Source: Sphaerodactylus townsendi
Lineage: Eukaryota
DNA length: 64,000 bases
Direction of reading: 5' to 3'
Assembly: GCF_021028975.2 (NCBI RefSeq)
Contig: NC_059428.1
Coordinates: 109,864,001-109,928,000 of the forward strand
This document shows, piece after piece, positions 49,216-63,000 of the stretch (position 1 is its first letter; each line of letters starts with the position of its first letter). The notes beneath the pieces are model-generated. The model was not told where the DNA came from. It worked only from the letters and a program-made list of their open reading frames with translations, and ran no database searches. A program made the position numbers and the translations under genes.

Positions 49216-52200
49216 GCTATCTTCACACTTACTTTTATAAACTAGTATATATGAACTTATTTTGGGTCAAAAACAACTGACATTATGGTGAATAATATAT
49301 CTGAGATATGAATATACTAGATCTTTAATACAGTTTTCAGAACTATGTTTTGATCTTTCCTTTGGCAATGATGGTAACAATGCACATAATAGGATTTTAT
49401 CCATTTAGCTACTTTTCTAGCAGCCTCTTATGGTATATCTAAATAGATTGTTTTCCCTTTCACTTAACAAGTTAATGCTACTTGCCATATAGTATACAAA
49501 CATATGTCAAACCAACCCGCAGCCTTTTTTACCTGCTGTCCTATATTCACCTAAAGAAAGAAGAAATTTATCAAAGGTTTTTTTAAAAAAGTAAATTGAT
49601 TTTCAATTGGAATAACTCTTCCAAGGAGGACCAATTTGGCAGGACTGTAAGTTAAGATCAACCTTTATTTTCTTCATTAAAATCTCATTTTTAGAAATGT
49701 CATTAATATTTCCTGTTAAAAAATCAAGTTTTTTCCTTCTGACATTGTACTGATGGAAGAGACAGGAAGGGTAATTTCATTCCCATCCCCTTCCTCATTT
49801 CCTCATCTTTCCCTTCCCCAAATCCACATTGCTATTAGTTCTGTAACCCCAGGAATCAACTTCCATGGCATCAGATGGGTCTACTTGGGGGAAAGGAAAA
49901 CAGGCAACAGTTTTTTTGAAAGAAGCACCAACAGGGCTTTTCAGAGTCTGGGTGGTTGTGTTTCAATTAGGCAACAGAATATCATGTTTGTTATAACAAT
50001 TTGTGTATCAGGTTCTGCGAATTCCTACCTTTTAAAAAAGTCTTTAGCTATCTTTGTTGTGAAGAAATATCTTGACCCTTATATATCTGTAATGACATAT
50101 GCTAAGAAAAAAAAGAAAGCTGGGAATTCAGAGAACCTTTTACAGATTGTTATAATATAATACTGTTCTAACCATACTTGATTGCTGATATTTTTCTCTT
50201 TTAATTACTAAGTATTTTTATCTGAAAACAGTAAACCTTATAGTTCTGTGGCCTGATGTTAACTATTAACACAAACCACATTTCTTGCAACATGGAAACT
50301 TGCTCACACAAAAATTTGGTATAAAATTATCAGTTTCCAGATGTTTGTAACGCCAGACAGTGATAAAATGTATTGGTCACTGGTTGATGTTACACACCCT
50401 ATAAGATGTATTTCTGGATGTCTCTTTAATAATCATGTTTTGTATTTATGACCACTGAGGAAGTCCCAATAGGCTGAAACATGTATGGTCTTATATTGGC
50501 CATTTATAATGAATGTATCATCAACTTTGTCTGAGATCTTTGTATTAGTTTCTACTGATGTTTTTATACATAGCCTGTATTCCAGACTCTGTATTTTTAT
50601 CAAATGTATTGTGTACCCCATATAATAAATATAAATCTTTAAATAGATTTTGTAGTTTTCAGTTCAATCTTTGAGGCTTCCTCTACTTTTTTAGCTGAAT
50701 ATTCCCCCCACCTTTTTTGTTGTTCACTTGTAACTCAACAATGTCAATGACCATATGCATCCACGTCTACTCTTCTGAATTACCACCATGCTGAAAAACT
50801 GCATGTATGCCGTGGGATCTCATCCTGATATTGTAGCCTATAGTGTTACAATTACATAATGCTGAAAGACAAGGTTGAACACAAATAGATTCTCTATGCT
50901 AACAACATAACATTTGGATTAGCCTTCCCTCATTATTTGTTTTTCATTTAGTCCTTAGTAGCAACTAGCATTACATCTCACTTCATCAACAGTGCAGTTC
51001 TGTACAGAATTATTCAAATCTTAGCCCACTGATTTGCCTAGATATAAACTGCACAAAACTGTACAACAAAACTTGTCTTTAGTTCAAGAATTTATTTTAT
51101 CTATTTGCAAAAGAAACATCCAGCTTTTAAATAATCTGGAACAGCAATAAAATGTAGATTCAGGAACACCCAAATTCAGAATATAGGATTAAAAGAAAAA
51201 CCTGAGTATCTATGATTCCATTAATCTGGGGAAAAACATACCAAAAAAAGGAAGTAAGTTCAAAAAGTTGGACTTATAACTGGACTAGTTCACGACAGGG
51301 CTTCTTTTCACTCTCTCAACTTTGTTAGCAGCATCACTAGAACAGGTTTACCAAAGAATATATTTCCAAACTGTTATTATATCATTACACTACTATGAAG
51401 CTAGGAATCTAAATAAATTGCAAGCACAAAGTCTTGGAAGCCAGACTAACAAATATTCTCAGATAATTTAGCTGTGCGAATCCCACAGCAGAAAATAAAA
51501 TACCATCGTTGATTTAAACAACGTTCTTATCATTATGGCGGCAAAGTTCATCCACTAAATAAACGCCCTGAACTCAGCATGATTTGCACCTAAGAAACCA
51601 TGCCTGGGATCAGCTTGTTAATCTGTTAACAAATGACTTCTATTATTAGCAATGAAGTGTCATATACAGCCTTCAGTTAAATGGCATTAATGCAGTATCA
51701 ATAAATTTAAAAACCTTTAACGAAATTCAAATGATATTGAGATTAAAAAGTGAACATGTTAAGTTTTTGTTTATTAACTCATTCAGTACTATGTTCCATC
51801 AGTACACCTATTTTTTGAAAACTAAGACTGAGAAATTGAAACAAATGCAAACTTTTCTTACCAAGCCTACTTAATTTTTCCCTTGCAGATACCATGAAAT
51901 CGACCATGTTTTATTTATAAAATATTAAGAAATTAATATTTATTTTATTTAAACAGTTACAAATACCCCAGTGTTAGTTAAAGACAGAAAAGTAAGTTGC
52001 TATACATTATCAAAATATGCTTTAATTTTTGTCAGTTGGGAAAACGGGAAAAAGCTGAACATAAAAGCCAACAACACTTATGTAAAAAAGAAAGACTGAC
52101 TTCAAAACAAGATGCAGATCTGACAGTAATAATAAAGAGAACTCTCCTATTTTTACTGCAAAGAAGGAAAAATCCCATTGTATTGGAATAATGGTAGTAA

Positions 52201-52818
52201 TACATTTTGCATGTTAAGTTAAACTTGATATTCTATTGAAGAATGCAATAGTTTTGAAATTATGCATGGAAAAATGTATAAAGGACAGCAGCCTATTTGG
52301 AGACAGAGCCATTGACAGACTCATATTTGTTTAGACAATTTCTATGCCATTGAACCAGTCCTGCTTGAGGCAGCTTACAATTAACAATGACATAATAAAT
52401 GTAGGCAAAACCAACTCTCCTCAGCCATTTATTTACACTCCACTTCATTTCAGTGAATGCATATCCCTGAAAACACTAGCATAATTGAAGTTCATCAAAA
52501 TCCTTGCCTCAGGTTCATTCCTTCACATTAACCTCTATAGACTTCAGAACCTGAGTACTGCCATAAACTGAAATGAATCTCCACTCTTCAGCATATCATT
52601 GATCCCTGAGAGAGATGATATTTTCAAAGAGTCATCTGTTTATTTAATTTGATGCATAAGGCAGAACAATCTGAGCAAGTGAAAAACACAAGGAGTCAGA
52701 ACCAAAGCCTTGTCATTATGCTTGGTGACCATTCAAATTGTACTCCTGGATCCAGTATCTGAAGATGTTCTATATTTCCCAACATCTGAAAATACTCTTC
52801 CAACATTAAATTCTAAGG

Positions 52819-54820
52819 CAGGGGTCTCCAATGTGTTGCCCATGGATGCTGCATACCGTTCCAAAACAACCCTCAAGACTTGTCCAGGGTGCAGCCACAC
52901 CCACCGTGCCCAGCCACTGACTGAACTCCCCCACCCTCCCACCACTTCCTCTACCAATCCCCCCTGTTCCTGCAAAAAAAAAAAAGAGTATGCACCAGGG
53001 AACAAGCTTGCGATGGCAGGGCCAGAGGTCTCTTTCCAAATCACTCTCTGCCTGGGGTAGAACTTGTAAACGCAGCCAAGGGATCATCTTGCCTTCTGGG
53101 ATCCATAGGATTTCCCTGTGATGCAGCTGCAAAGGATGTGTGTGCATGCATTTGTATGAGGGAAGCGGCAGGAGGAAATCTATGGCTCCTTCGCTTCTCT
53201 CAGTGGGGGGAGGGCATGGCAGGGGAGTTTGTCTGTGGGCTGGGCACAAGGGGGGAGAGAGGGAGGCGTGGGTGGACAAAATGTGCCCCCCATGTGACCC
53301 AGGCAAATGGCACCTGGAGTTGTCTGCCCCTCCCAGATACACTATTGGCCCATGGTGCCATGGCACCAACTAACACCATTGCTGGACTTTAGTAAGCATT
53401 TGGAAAGTGGGCAGGCCCAGGTAAAAGTTTTGCCCAGCAGGACTTTTGATTGGCTATGCAGACTTTTAAAAAATTGTTTCAGCAGCAGTTGCCACCACCA
53501 CCACCAAGGATCTTTACTGCATGCAGGGGCGTATCTGCCATGGGATCACAGGCAGTCAAATGTCCCTGGGCACCCCCATTTGGTCACATGGGGGCACAAA
53601 AATTTCAAGTTCGTTTGTGTTTTTTGGTATTTTGTAGTGTTTTTCCAGTTTTTAGGCTAGCAGCACAAAAATTTCAGGGATTTTTCAGGAGACTCTCCTG
53701 ATAATACCACCCAGGAGTGGTGAGGTTTGGTTCAAGGGGTCCAAAGTTATGGACTCCCAAAGGGGGTGCCCCAACCCACATTGTTTCCAATGGGAGCTAA
53801 TAGGAGATGGGGGCTACACCTTTGAGGGTCCATAACTTCGGACCCCCTGAAACAAACTTCACCATACCTGGGTGGTATCATCAGGAGAGTCTCCTAAAGA
53901 TACCCTGAAATTTTGGTACTGTTAGCTTAACAATTACACCCCTGACAGAAGGCACCCCCCAAATTTCCCCAGATTCTCCTTTTAATTCCAGCCCCTTCCG
54001 CATGGATTTAAAGGGAGAATCTAAGGTCCCCAGTTTAAACATTGAAAGTGATGCTGTTTCAGAGTGGGGGAGAATCCCCCCCAAACAACATCACTTTCAA
54101 TGTTGTTTTAACTAGGGACCCCAGACTCTCCCTTTAAGGTGGGCGCCACAGGTTGAGGGAGGGCACTGACCCTCCGGAGCCAGAGCCCGTGCCAGCACAC
54201 TGACTCAACCGCTTCTGGCCTGCCCAGCAGTATACCTGGGCCCCTTGCTGCCTGTCCAAGTGGTAGACCTGGGCCCCTTCCTGCCTGCTCAGTGGTAAAC
54301 CTGGGCACTCCTCCATGAGATCGGCAGATGGCTTGATTTCTCTCCCCCCCCCCCCGTATCTAGGGAAAATGGAGGGGGGGTGGAAAAAATCAGATTATGT
54401 CCAGGGCTCCATTTTCCCTAGATATGCCTCTGCTCCACCCTCTTGGAGTCCGTGCAGGGAGGCTTCTGCCCTCCCCAGGCCCTGGGGAGAGCAGGAGCTG
54501 GAAGCAGGAACGCGCAGGGGAGGGGTTACGCAATGCGTGGGGGCGGGGCTACGTGACCCACAGGGGCGCCCGGAGGATGCTTTGTCCCCAGGCGCCACTT
54601 CCCCCCATGACTGACAGAATGCTATGCACAACTAAGAAAATATTTTAAACACTACATTCATTTTTAAAAGCATCCTGTTAAACAGCGCTTCTGCCTAAAA
54701 CATTGAAGTATTACATTGAAGTATTACTAAAACATTGAAGTATTACATTGAAGTATTACTATTTATGCATGACCTTACTCCTTTATTTTTGGAGCTAATT
54801 CCATCTCCGCTGTACTAAGC
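52819..54820. mobile_element. Composite of nested non-autonomous DNA transposons
   Basis: hAT-like start CAGGGGTCTCCAA; inner element CAGGGGCGTATCT (~53524) ... AGATATGCCTCTG (~54432); internal palindromes. Boundaries approximate. Confidence 0.55.
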
Positions 54821-57800
54821 TGCTATACCATTAAGATGTAAGCTGATATATTTTAATCATCAAAATATCAAAGGTATTATATAAAAACAAGTGATTTATT
54901 CTCAAAGATTGCTTAACTGTTTGAATTTACTTGTTGCATGTGTAACTCAAAATTGTATTCAGTTCCAGTTGAAGATGCATGAACAGAAAGAAGTAAAGTA
55001 GTAAAACTAGTAGCTGCTAAAATTATTCAATTATAAAGAAATCAAAAGAAAACATTTAAATATCTGTACATCCATTCTAGAAATACACAATATATCAATC
55101 AAGCATGAATTACAATTCCATATAACATTAAAATGCAGATTCATGTTGGAAAACAATAAATTAAAACTAGAGAAGTAATCAAGGACTAATGCACATAGCT
55201 TTTGTATCAGGACAACATCTTCTCAAGATGATGTCATCTTTAAACATACAATTAATGAACGTAGAAAGCTGCCTTACACGTGTGCTTCAGTTGTTGCTTT
55301 GCATGTTGAAAATACCAAGTTCTGTCCCTGGCATCCCCAGTTTAAAAGGATCTCAGATAACAGGTCTTCCTGTGCCTGAGACCCTAAAAAGCATGCAGAC
55401 TCCAAAAGTGATCAGAAAAAATAATACATTCTCTCTCCCCTTCCTGACCTATCAACTTCATCTTGGAAACAAGAAAAGTTCAGAATATTATTCTATTAGT
55501 CAGTCAGTATTATAGATTTGGAACAACTACAAAGCATTTGACTGCCCAGCCCCTTTTTCCTTTTCAAATAAGAAAGTGATCATACCAGGTTAAGCTTGTA
55601 GTCATGCCTTTGGGCATTTGTCAAAACAAGGAATAAAACCATGCCACATTCAGGAATTTACTTTTTACCATTCATATGATTAACCTCTTCTCTATCTGTA
55701 GAGCTTTCATCTCCAGGGGATTGTGCAGGAGAACTTGATACATTAGTTCTCCCCCTTTCTCAAGCTAAATAAGTAAAATTGTCCATTTACACACTTGTGG
55801 TCTCCTTCGCACTGAGCATACATTCTCTTTGAGTTTGATTCTCAGTTACACACACATTTCCCCCACTTCTGCAGTAACCCCACCTTCAGATCAGAGAATC
55901 CCCATGGTTTCCAAATGCTCTGAAAGTGCGACTTGTCTTCCCCATTTGTAAGGAAAGTCAACGAGATCTGCATGCATTTAGCTTTCTTTGTGTTTTCGCA
56001 CTCCTCTCTGCATTTCCTTGCCCACATCACAGCATCCATTGTTGGAGCAATACACTCAGTGAAATTAACAAGAAAATGAAATGGTCTAGCAAACTCTGGA
56101 CCAAAGACAGCAGGAAAAAAAGGGGGCAGGCAACATCCCCAAATGGAGATTGAATAGAAACAATAAGGAAGCAGGGATGGGGGGCAAAATGGTAGATCAC
56201 CTCAGCTAGGGACACTTTGTAGAAGGAGAATCCCTGAGCAAGCAAAAAAAAAGTGGAAAAACTCCACTGTGAAGTAAACAGATGCGAGGTAAACAGTAAA
56301 TGCATAAATGGACATAGTTAGGATGTGGGCAGTTTAGTGAACATTTGCTAGGCTGGTATAATTAAGAAAACACATTAATGAAGTTTCCGCTGTATAAATT
56401 ACAAATTGGTCAAAAGCCTTCAGAAATCTTATTCTCAGTTGCACGAAACAACATCAGGGTTGAGGATGAACACAAACCTTCTAGTGCAAACAAAGATAGT
56501 TCAATTCCCATTTCATTTTTAGTCACAAACAAGAAATAGAGGACCTACTCCCCCAAAAATCACACTGGGAGAAGACAGCTAGGAGCTCTACATGGCAGCC
56601 CTGTCACTTCATGCTCAGGAATAGATAAAGTGTAGAGCTCAGGAATAGACAAAGTGTCACCTTGCATTTTGTCATCCTACCTCTGCTCAGCAAATGGCTA
56701 TAGTCCTCCCTACTTGGTTATAAACAGAAAGTGGGCACTGTACTTATCTGCAGGTGATAAATGCAGAGATTGGTTCCTCAAGAATGGTTAAATCATGAAT
56801 AGCTTCTTTGCCTTAAGTCTTATTTAGAGCTTCTGTGAACTTCACTTATCTGCAGTCAAGTGCTAGGCAAGCCCAGCTACAGCTCCTCTTGATAATAATG
56901 GCACATTTGAACCTGCATCATCTTTTATCTGTAAACAAGTAATTTGACTAACCAGGTTATTGGGATGGCATTACCTGCTCAAAGGGAAGATTATGAAACA
57001 CTCATCCTCTCAATCAGAAGACAAAGAAATGATACACCTTGACAAAGCGACTCCTCAATTACAAAAAAAAGACTCCTCAAAGCGAATCCTCAATTACAAA
57101 AAAGGCAACTGAAACATATTTCAAATCACCAGGAAACACTCAAATTATCACAACAAAGTACTATATTTAGCCACATACTATGTAAAGTCAAGGCACCCCT
57201 TTCTTCTTGTGTAGATCACATTTTGGGAGGTCTCTACAGTTAGTCCATCTACTAAAAAAATTAAATTCAGATACCTGAACTCCAGAAGGAACAAGTATAT
57301 CATTATTTTTGTCTACTCAAGCTATAATACTATCTTTGAAAACGGACAAACTGTTCTCATACAGCAGATCATCCTCTTCCCTTGCAGTGACATGACACAC
57401 TATGTTTTAGCATCCCTCTAACATTGGGGGTACTTTTAAGTCAGAAAACAGACCACACTAACTCCCTCATGATATTTTCCATTCCTAAATTAACAGCTTT
57501 TTAGATACACACAATATTAGAATCTCCTTATTCCACTATTTTACCAGTCTCACCTGAAAGCAGCTACAGGGAAGGAAGGATACTTCCCATATCTTATGAC
57601 ATAACAAAATTAAACCTCTACCTTTGCCAGAATATTCATATGGCCTTCAACTGTTTTATCTCCATTCAGGGGCTTTACCATCTCATCTCTCACCACTATC
57701 AATGGCAAATTCCACACAGCGGAGGCCTACCTTTTTATTTTTCCTACTATTACGCTCTTTTATTCAAAGGGTTTTTTTTGTTCTCCTAAAAAGCAGTGCT

Positions 57801-59039
57801 ACATTTTTGCAGCAATATATAAATATACAACCGATCTCCCTTATCAAACCGGTAGTAATCCACATTATATGTCGATTCACTGTTAGTATTCCGGCATCAT
57901 GTTTGGCTTCCAATGGGTGGGGGTTACCACCTAGTAATAATAGTAAGCATTTGACAACTGGTCATTTGTTAACTTACAATTAACATAGCAGATAGTTCAG
58001 TGATAATGTTATAACTGAAGTCTAATCTAACATGTTCTACAATTTTCATCTACTCTGGAAAGATCCACCACCTCCACAGTGTCAAAGTAATAGGTAGCCA
58101 GTTTCTAGATAACAGGTCGCTGCAAGCAAATATAAAGATAAATACATCCATTTTTAAAGTTACCTGGTAAATACCCATCCTAGCTATCCTACAACATCTC
58201 ACTAAGAACTGATTCTGAAATACTTATGAATGTCACAACCCATGTTATGAAAACAAAAGCAGGTATTTCCTTGTAAACAGACTTTACATTCTGCTATAAT
58301 TTTGACACGTATTCCTCAACAAGTGTTCCTACGTGGGATGGACTTGTATTGAATTAGACTCAAGGTCTCAGATCTGAATAGAGAATCCTCATGACCTGCT
58401 CATTGGTAGTGACAGAAGGCACTAATTCGCATTATGAACTGTTCAACAGAAGCTCCCAAACCACTCCTGCTTCTAATCTCTTCTCCCACCCCCCTAGTCC
58501 ACATGCACTAGGTAGCCGCAAGTTAAAATGCTATTAGGAAAGGAAAGTAACAATGACAAACACCCAAACATTACCTTGTTAACAGACATGAGGTAAGTGA
58601 TTTGTTGATGAGCAACACAATCTGCTATAGGACTGTGAGACTTCACACTGAGAAAATTTCAGTTACTCCAAGATGCATTGCTGCCTGCCTAAACGCTTAT
58701 GTGAAGCAGCCAAATTACCCACAGAATAAGGGCCCTCTCAAAACAAGTCCCCTAACCCAGATATAATGGGGGGGGGGGAGCATTTACAAGCAGGTACGAA
58801 GATCCCTTACACCAGAAAATCACAGGGATGAACAATGCCACCTTCCCTAGAGCCAAAGTTCACAAAACGACACCTTTTAAAAATAATTTGACCCTATTTG
58901 GGTGGCAATAGGTATCCTTCAATAAAATTTAAGGGAAGTGGACTGCGCCCGTGCATGAATGAAGGCAATGAATAAGGTGGAGGCCCGGATTCTGTTCCGG
59001 TGGGAGATCTTTTTGCTTTGAAATTATTTTAAGGGGATG

Positions 59040-60060
59040 GCGTTTCTTGGGGCCGTGACGTACTGAGGGACCACAACCAGCCCGGCCGCCCGCGGGGGGT
59101 TCGTCTGGGCGTTTGCGCACTAACAGCAGCAGCAGCGGAGGCGGCGGCATTACCTGCCCAAGTGGCCGGCCTGCTCCCGCTCACTCAGCGCCGCCGCGGT
59201 GTAAATCCTCCGGTAACGCTCGGCCAAGGCCCGGCCAGACAGCAGCAGCTGGTAGCGACCCCGGCAGCCGCCGCCGCCGCCACCGGGCGGGGAGGGAAGC
59301 CCTGAGGAGGCCATCTGAGGCGGCGGCGGCAGCAGCAGCGCCCCGAAGCCGGCCGCGCTCTCGCCGGGCCCCATGGCCACGCAAGACTCGTCGCCGCTGG
59401 GGAAGAGGAAGAAACCGGCGCCGGGCTCGGAACCGGTACAGGAGGAGGCGGCGGCGGCGGCGGCGGAGGCTGCCGCGCTCATGGCCCCCCTCCCTCCCCG
59501 CCCCCACACGCCCCGCCCCGCCCCGCGCCCGGACCCTTCGCCCCGCCCTCAGCGCCTCCGCGGCCCTGCCATAGGGAGGGGGACCCGCCGACGACAGGCA
59601 CTACCGGCCCTCCCGGCCGGCAGCGCCTCAATAACTGACTGACAGGCGTTCGACCCTCCCCTTTGGTGCTCGCGCGCACACGCGCGGGAAGGACGGAGAG
59701 GGGGGAGTGAAGCCCTCAGGACCCTGAACGCGGGGCGGGGCCACGTCAGCCACGCGGACAGGCGCGCGCTCCCTCTCTTTCGTTTCCTCCCACCCTTCCT
59801 CCTTTCTACCTATCCACCTCACACCCCTTCCGTGTGTCAAACCGCTGACATTGGGACGTCATTGCGCCTGCGCGGGGAGGCCCCCCTTCTTTACCCTCAA
59901 AACATACACATTGTCCCACCCTGAGGAAGCGCGAAAGCGCATGCGCGTTGGTGGGGTACTTTTCTTCCCTTTCGCCCAGTGTTTATTGTGGGGTTTTCGG
60001 GGGGCGGGGGGGGGTAGAGAGAGAGAGTGCTGGTCTCCTCCTTTCGCTCTTTGAGCTTTT
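59040..60060 (-). promoter_or_regulatory. CpG-island promoter / 5' UTR of MYCBP2 (no TATA box seen)
   Basis: Very GC- and CpG-rich, overlapping exon 1. GC boxes (e.g. GGGGCGGGG near 59732), NRF1-type GCGCATGCGC at 59937-59946 and TGCGCCTGCGC near 59863, and a full CRE TGACGTCA just upstream at 60457-60464. Confidence 0.85.
59154..59482 (-). CDS. MYCBP2: MYCBP2 exon 1 coding part (MSAAASAAAAAASS...GRYQLLLSGRALAERYRRIYTAAALSEREQAGHLG)
   Basis: ATG at 59482 (GCCATGA) within a CpG island; donor AG|GTAATG at 59153; 329 nt, ending in phase 2. The start codon is less certain than the donor. Confidence 0.9.
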
Positions 60061-63000
60061 TGCGGTGGGGGAGAGGGGGGAATAGACAGACGTAAGAATA
60101 AATAGGTATAGGAACCGAATAGCAGTAGACATGATAACTATTGTCGACAGTCGTTTTCTCTTAGCCTAGCCTATCTCGCAGAGTTCTTGTGAGGGAAAAA
60201 CTGGGAAAGGGGAGAACCACGTACGGCACCTTGGAATCTCTGGAGAAAAGGGCGAAATAAAACTGTACCCAGATGATTTGGAGGAGGAGAAAGGGGATGC
60301 ACAACGATCAGCAGGGTGAAGCGGAGATGCGTTGTGTTTGAGATGTCAGCCGTGGACACTTATTGCCCAGAGAGAATTGTGCGCGTGTTTAGACGAGCCC
60401 TGCAATGAATTATCTTAAATGGGTTCAGTCTGCAAAAGGACATCGTGCAGCAGAAATGACGTCATCGTTGTATAAAAATATTGTAAGAGGAAATGTGCAT
60501 AAACTGTTAACATATCTAGCAAATAAGGGAAGAGAGGGGGCAAAAAGGGGCACCGCTTTTGGGTACCACTTTGCACAAATCGCCTATCCTGTAAATAATT
60601 ACACGAAAGTCTTCCACAAGCTGCCGAGTTGACTTTGCTAAGTGAAGCAGCTGGAGAAAGATGATGTTGTGGTGACCCCTCTGGCCAATAACGTTTTTAC
60701 AAGAACGCTGTTAACAATATACTCTGAAGGGAACAACATGTCAAAACCAATATTCTTTCAAATCAGGTGCTTTATTTATTTATTAAATTTAAATCCTGCC
60801 CTTCCCCACTGAACTCGGGCTCATGGTGGTGTACAGACATTTTAAAAACAATTTTGCTAATACATAATCAAAAGATCCATTAAAACAAACCAGTTATTTC
60901 TAGAGATGGGGAGCAAATTTGGCCTATTAAGCTAAATTTGACCTATCAAGAAGACAATTGCTTTTCTGTGGGGCCTCATGTAGATTCCAAACAGCATTTC
61001 CTGCCCCTGGTATTCTGGAACAACTGCTTGTTGACAGAAGCAAACTGCTGAAACAAAAAGAAGTGTTATACTTAAGCTAAGAAATTTATAGAAACATAAG
61101 CTTTCGTGGTTGACAGATGCATGAAGTGAGTTCTCAGTCAGGAGAGAGGAGATGGTTCATCATGGCTCACTGTTTTATCTCTCCATCTGTCTGTATCTGC
61201 TGACTAAGGTTTCATTTTGTGCTTTAAAAATGTGTTTCCATGACTGTCTTGACAAAGGATGGGTGCCTTAAAATGACCCCAGTGAAAACTGACCTCAGAT
61301 ATGATTCAGCCTTCCAATATGCTGGTACAGAAAAGTACACCTTAAAATAGATGTGGGTAAATAGTTCATTCCTGAAGAGCAGGAAGATTAACAGTAAAAG
61401 GGGATATGATGTGGAAAACTACAGGAATGAGGGGTGACAGGAAAAAGCACTCTTTACTGTTTTGTGTGCACAGGTAAGTTGCAAAAATAAACTTCCCAAA
61501 GGTGTCTAGCAGTTTAATACTCTGCTTCTTATTCTACAGTGCCTGTTACTCAGTGGTACCCTTCAGTATAACTGCATGCTTTAATGACCTCGGCTAGCGA
61601 GCGCTGACAGATATTCTGTTTTGATCTTATACTTGTTAGCCAATGGCAACCTTATTCTGAATTTCATTGGGGCCCTTTTTATGACTGGCAGTTATCATCC
61701 TCCAGTGGGTGAATCTTGACAATCTACTTTGTTATGCAACTATTTCCGGACCACTTTTAGATAGTATAGTTGTTTTTCATACACATTGTTGCTTCAGCCC
61801 CTTTCATCAGGAGTTCCATCTATGGGAGATATGCCTCTGAATCCGTTGACAGCAGAAGTGGAATCTGCTTTGGCTGAACAACGTTGTAAGAGTAAGGATT
61901 CTATCTTTGTCATGCACTAAGCTGTCATACACTCGTCAGTGAAACAGAAGGCATGCAACTGGTTTGTAGGAAGAATAGGAGAAACATATTTACAGTGCTT
62001 CATCTCCACATTCCCAGGGCTATACTTTCACTTGGAAATCCTGTATCAGCAGCCAACACAGCTGACGAGTCCTCCCACAAACCTTCCCTCTTGGGTACAC
62101 AGGACTTGTTCAGTTCTTTGGATCCTAGAGTTTGAAAATGACATTTTATATTTGTAAGCATTAATTCCTAGGGTCAACATAAGTCAGAAGCAACTTGTTG
62201 ACACTTAGCACACACACATATACAGTCATTGATCATGTTTTAATGGTATGAGTTTTATTATACCTGGCAAATCTTTAATTTTGTATGCCTTAATTTTTGT
62301 AGGTTCTAAGAATTGTAATCACTGCTTTTTAGGCATCATCATCATTATTCATTATCATTATAATTATTAATTTGATTTGATATACCGCCCTATCCCCAAA
62401 GGGCTCTGGGCAGTGTACAACATAAGACATCATACATAAAATCATCATAAAACACCAGTATCACAGGAGGAGCAAGTAAATAATTAGTCAATAAATAAGC
62501 CTACAGTTAATACTCAAGCTCCATGACTATAAAATTAATCCCATTAAAACAGCGGTTATTTCATAACATCGGCATCCCACGAAAAACCCTTACTTAAACC
62601 CTCCTAAGGAGAAGGAGGGGGGAACGGTGGGTTTGCAGTGATGTTTTGGGACCCATATGGAGCAGAGGGGGGGGCACACTCAGTGACTGGCATAATAAAG
62701 AACAGGACTAGCACATCTGTATCAGTCAAGTGTTGGTCCTTCATCCTGCCAGACTACCAAGAGTGTCCCAACATGTTTGCAAAATTGTAACCCATCTTAT
62801 CAGACTGCAAAAGCAGGCATATTTCTGTTAGGGATATTTTGCAATTGGATTTACTTCCAAGTAAGCATCAGTACAATTGTGCTGCATAGTTTCAGCATGA
62901 GTTAGTCTCTGAGTTGAGTCAGACTTGCATCATAAACAAACATTAGGATTGTAGCTTTCATTTGATGCCACTTTTAGATGTTGCAGGAGACAATTTTTAA

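Larger units (their letters stand above)
947..59482 (-). other. MYCBP2: MYCBP2 gene span, coding exons 1-17 (partial, continues beyond the left edge); intron 1 = 27622-59153 (~31.5 kb)
   Basis: 17 exons join in phase with GT-AG sites into a protein matching the recalled vertebrate MYCBP2 N-terminus: YQLLLSGRALAERYRRIYTAA, DIKLHSNPSAFN, RCC1-like repeats and the Cys-rich CMVCTVCGDC/CGCGSGESGCAVCGCC segment. Confidence 0.97.

Noticed and set aside
16478-57105. Short tandem duplications (16478-16523, 27232-27277, 54695-54740, 56612-56657, 57044-57103) as an array or CRISPR-like system
   Set aside because: Unrelated two-copy slippage duplications with no repeat-spacer periodicity, in eukaryotic intronic DNA.
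59113-59642. Antisense and alternative-frame ORFs over exon 1
   Set aside because: Expected in stop-poor CpG-island sequence; low complexity and no recognisable domain.
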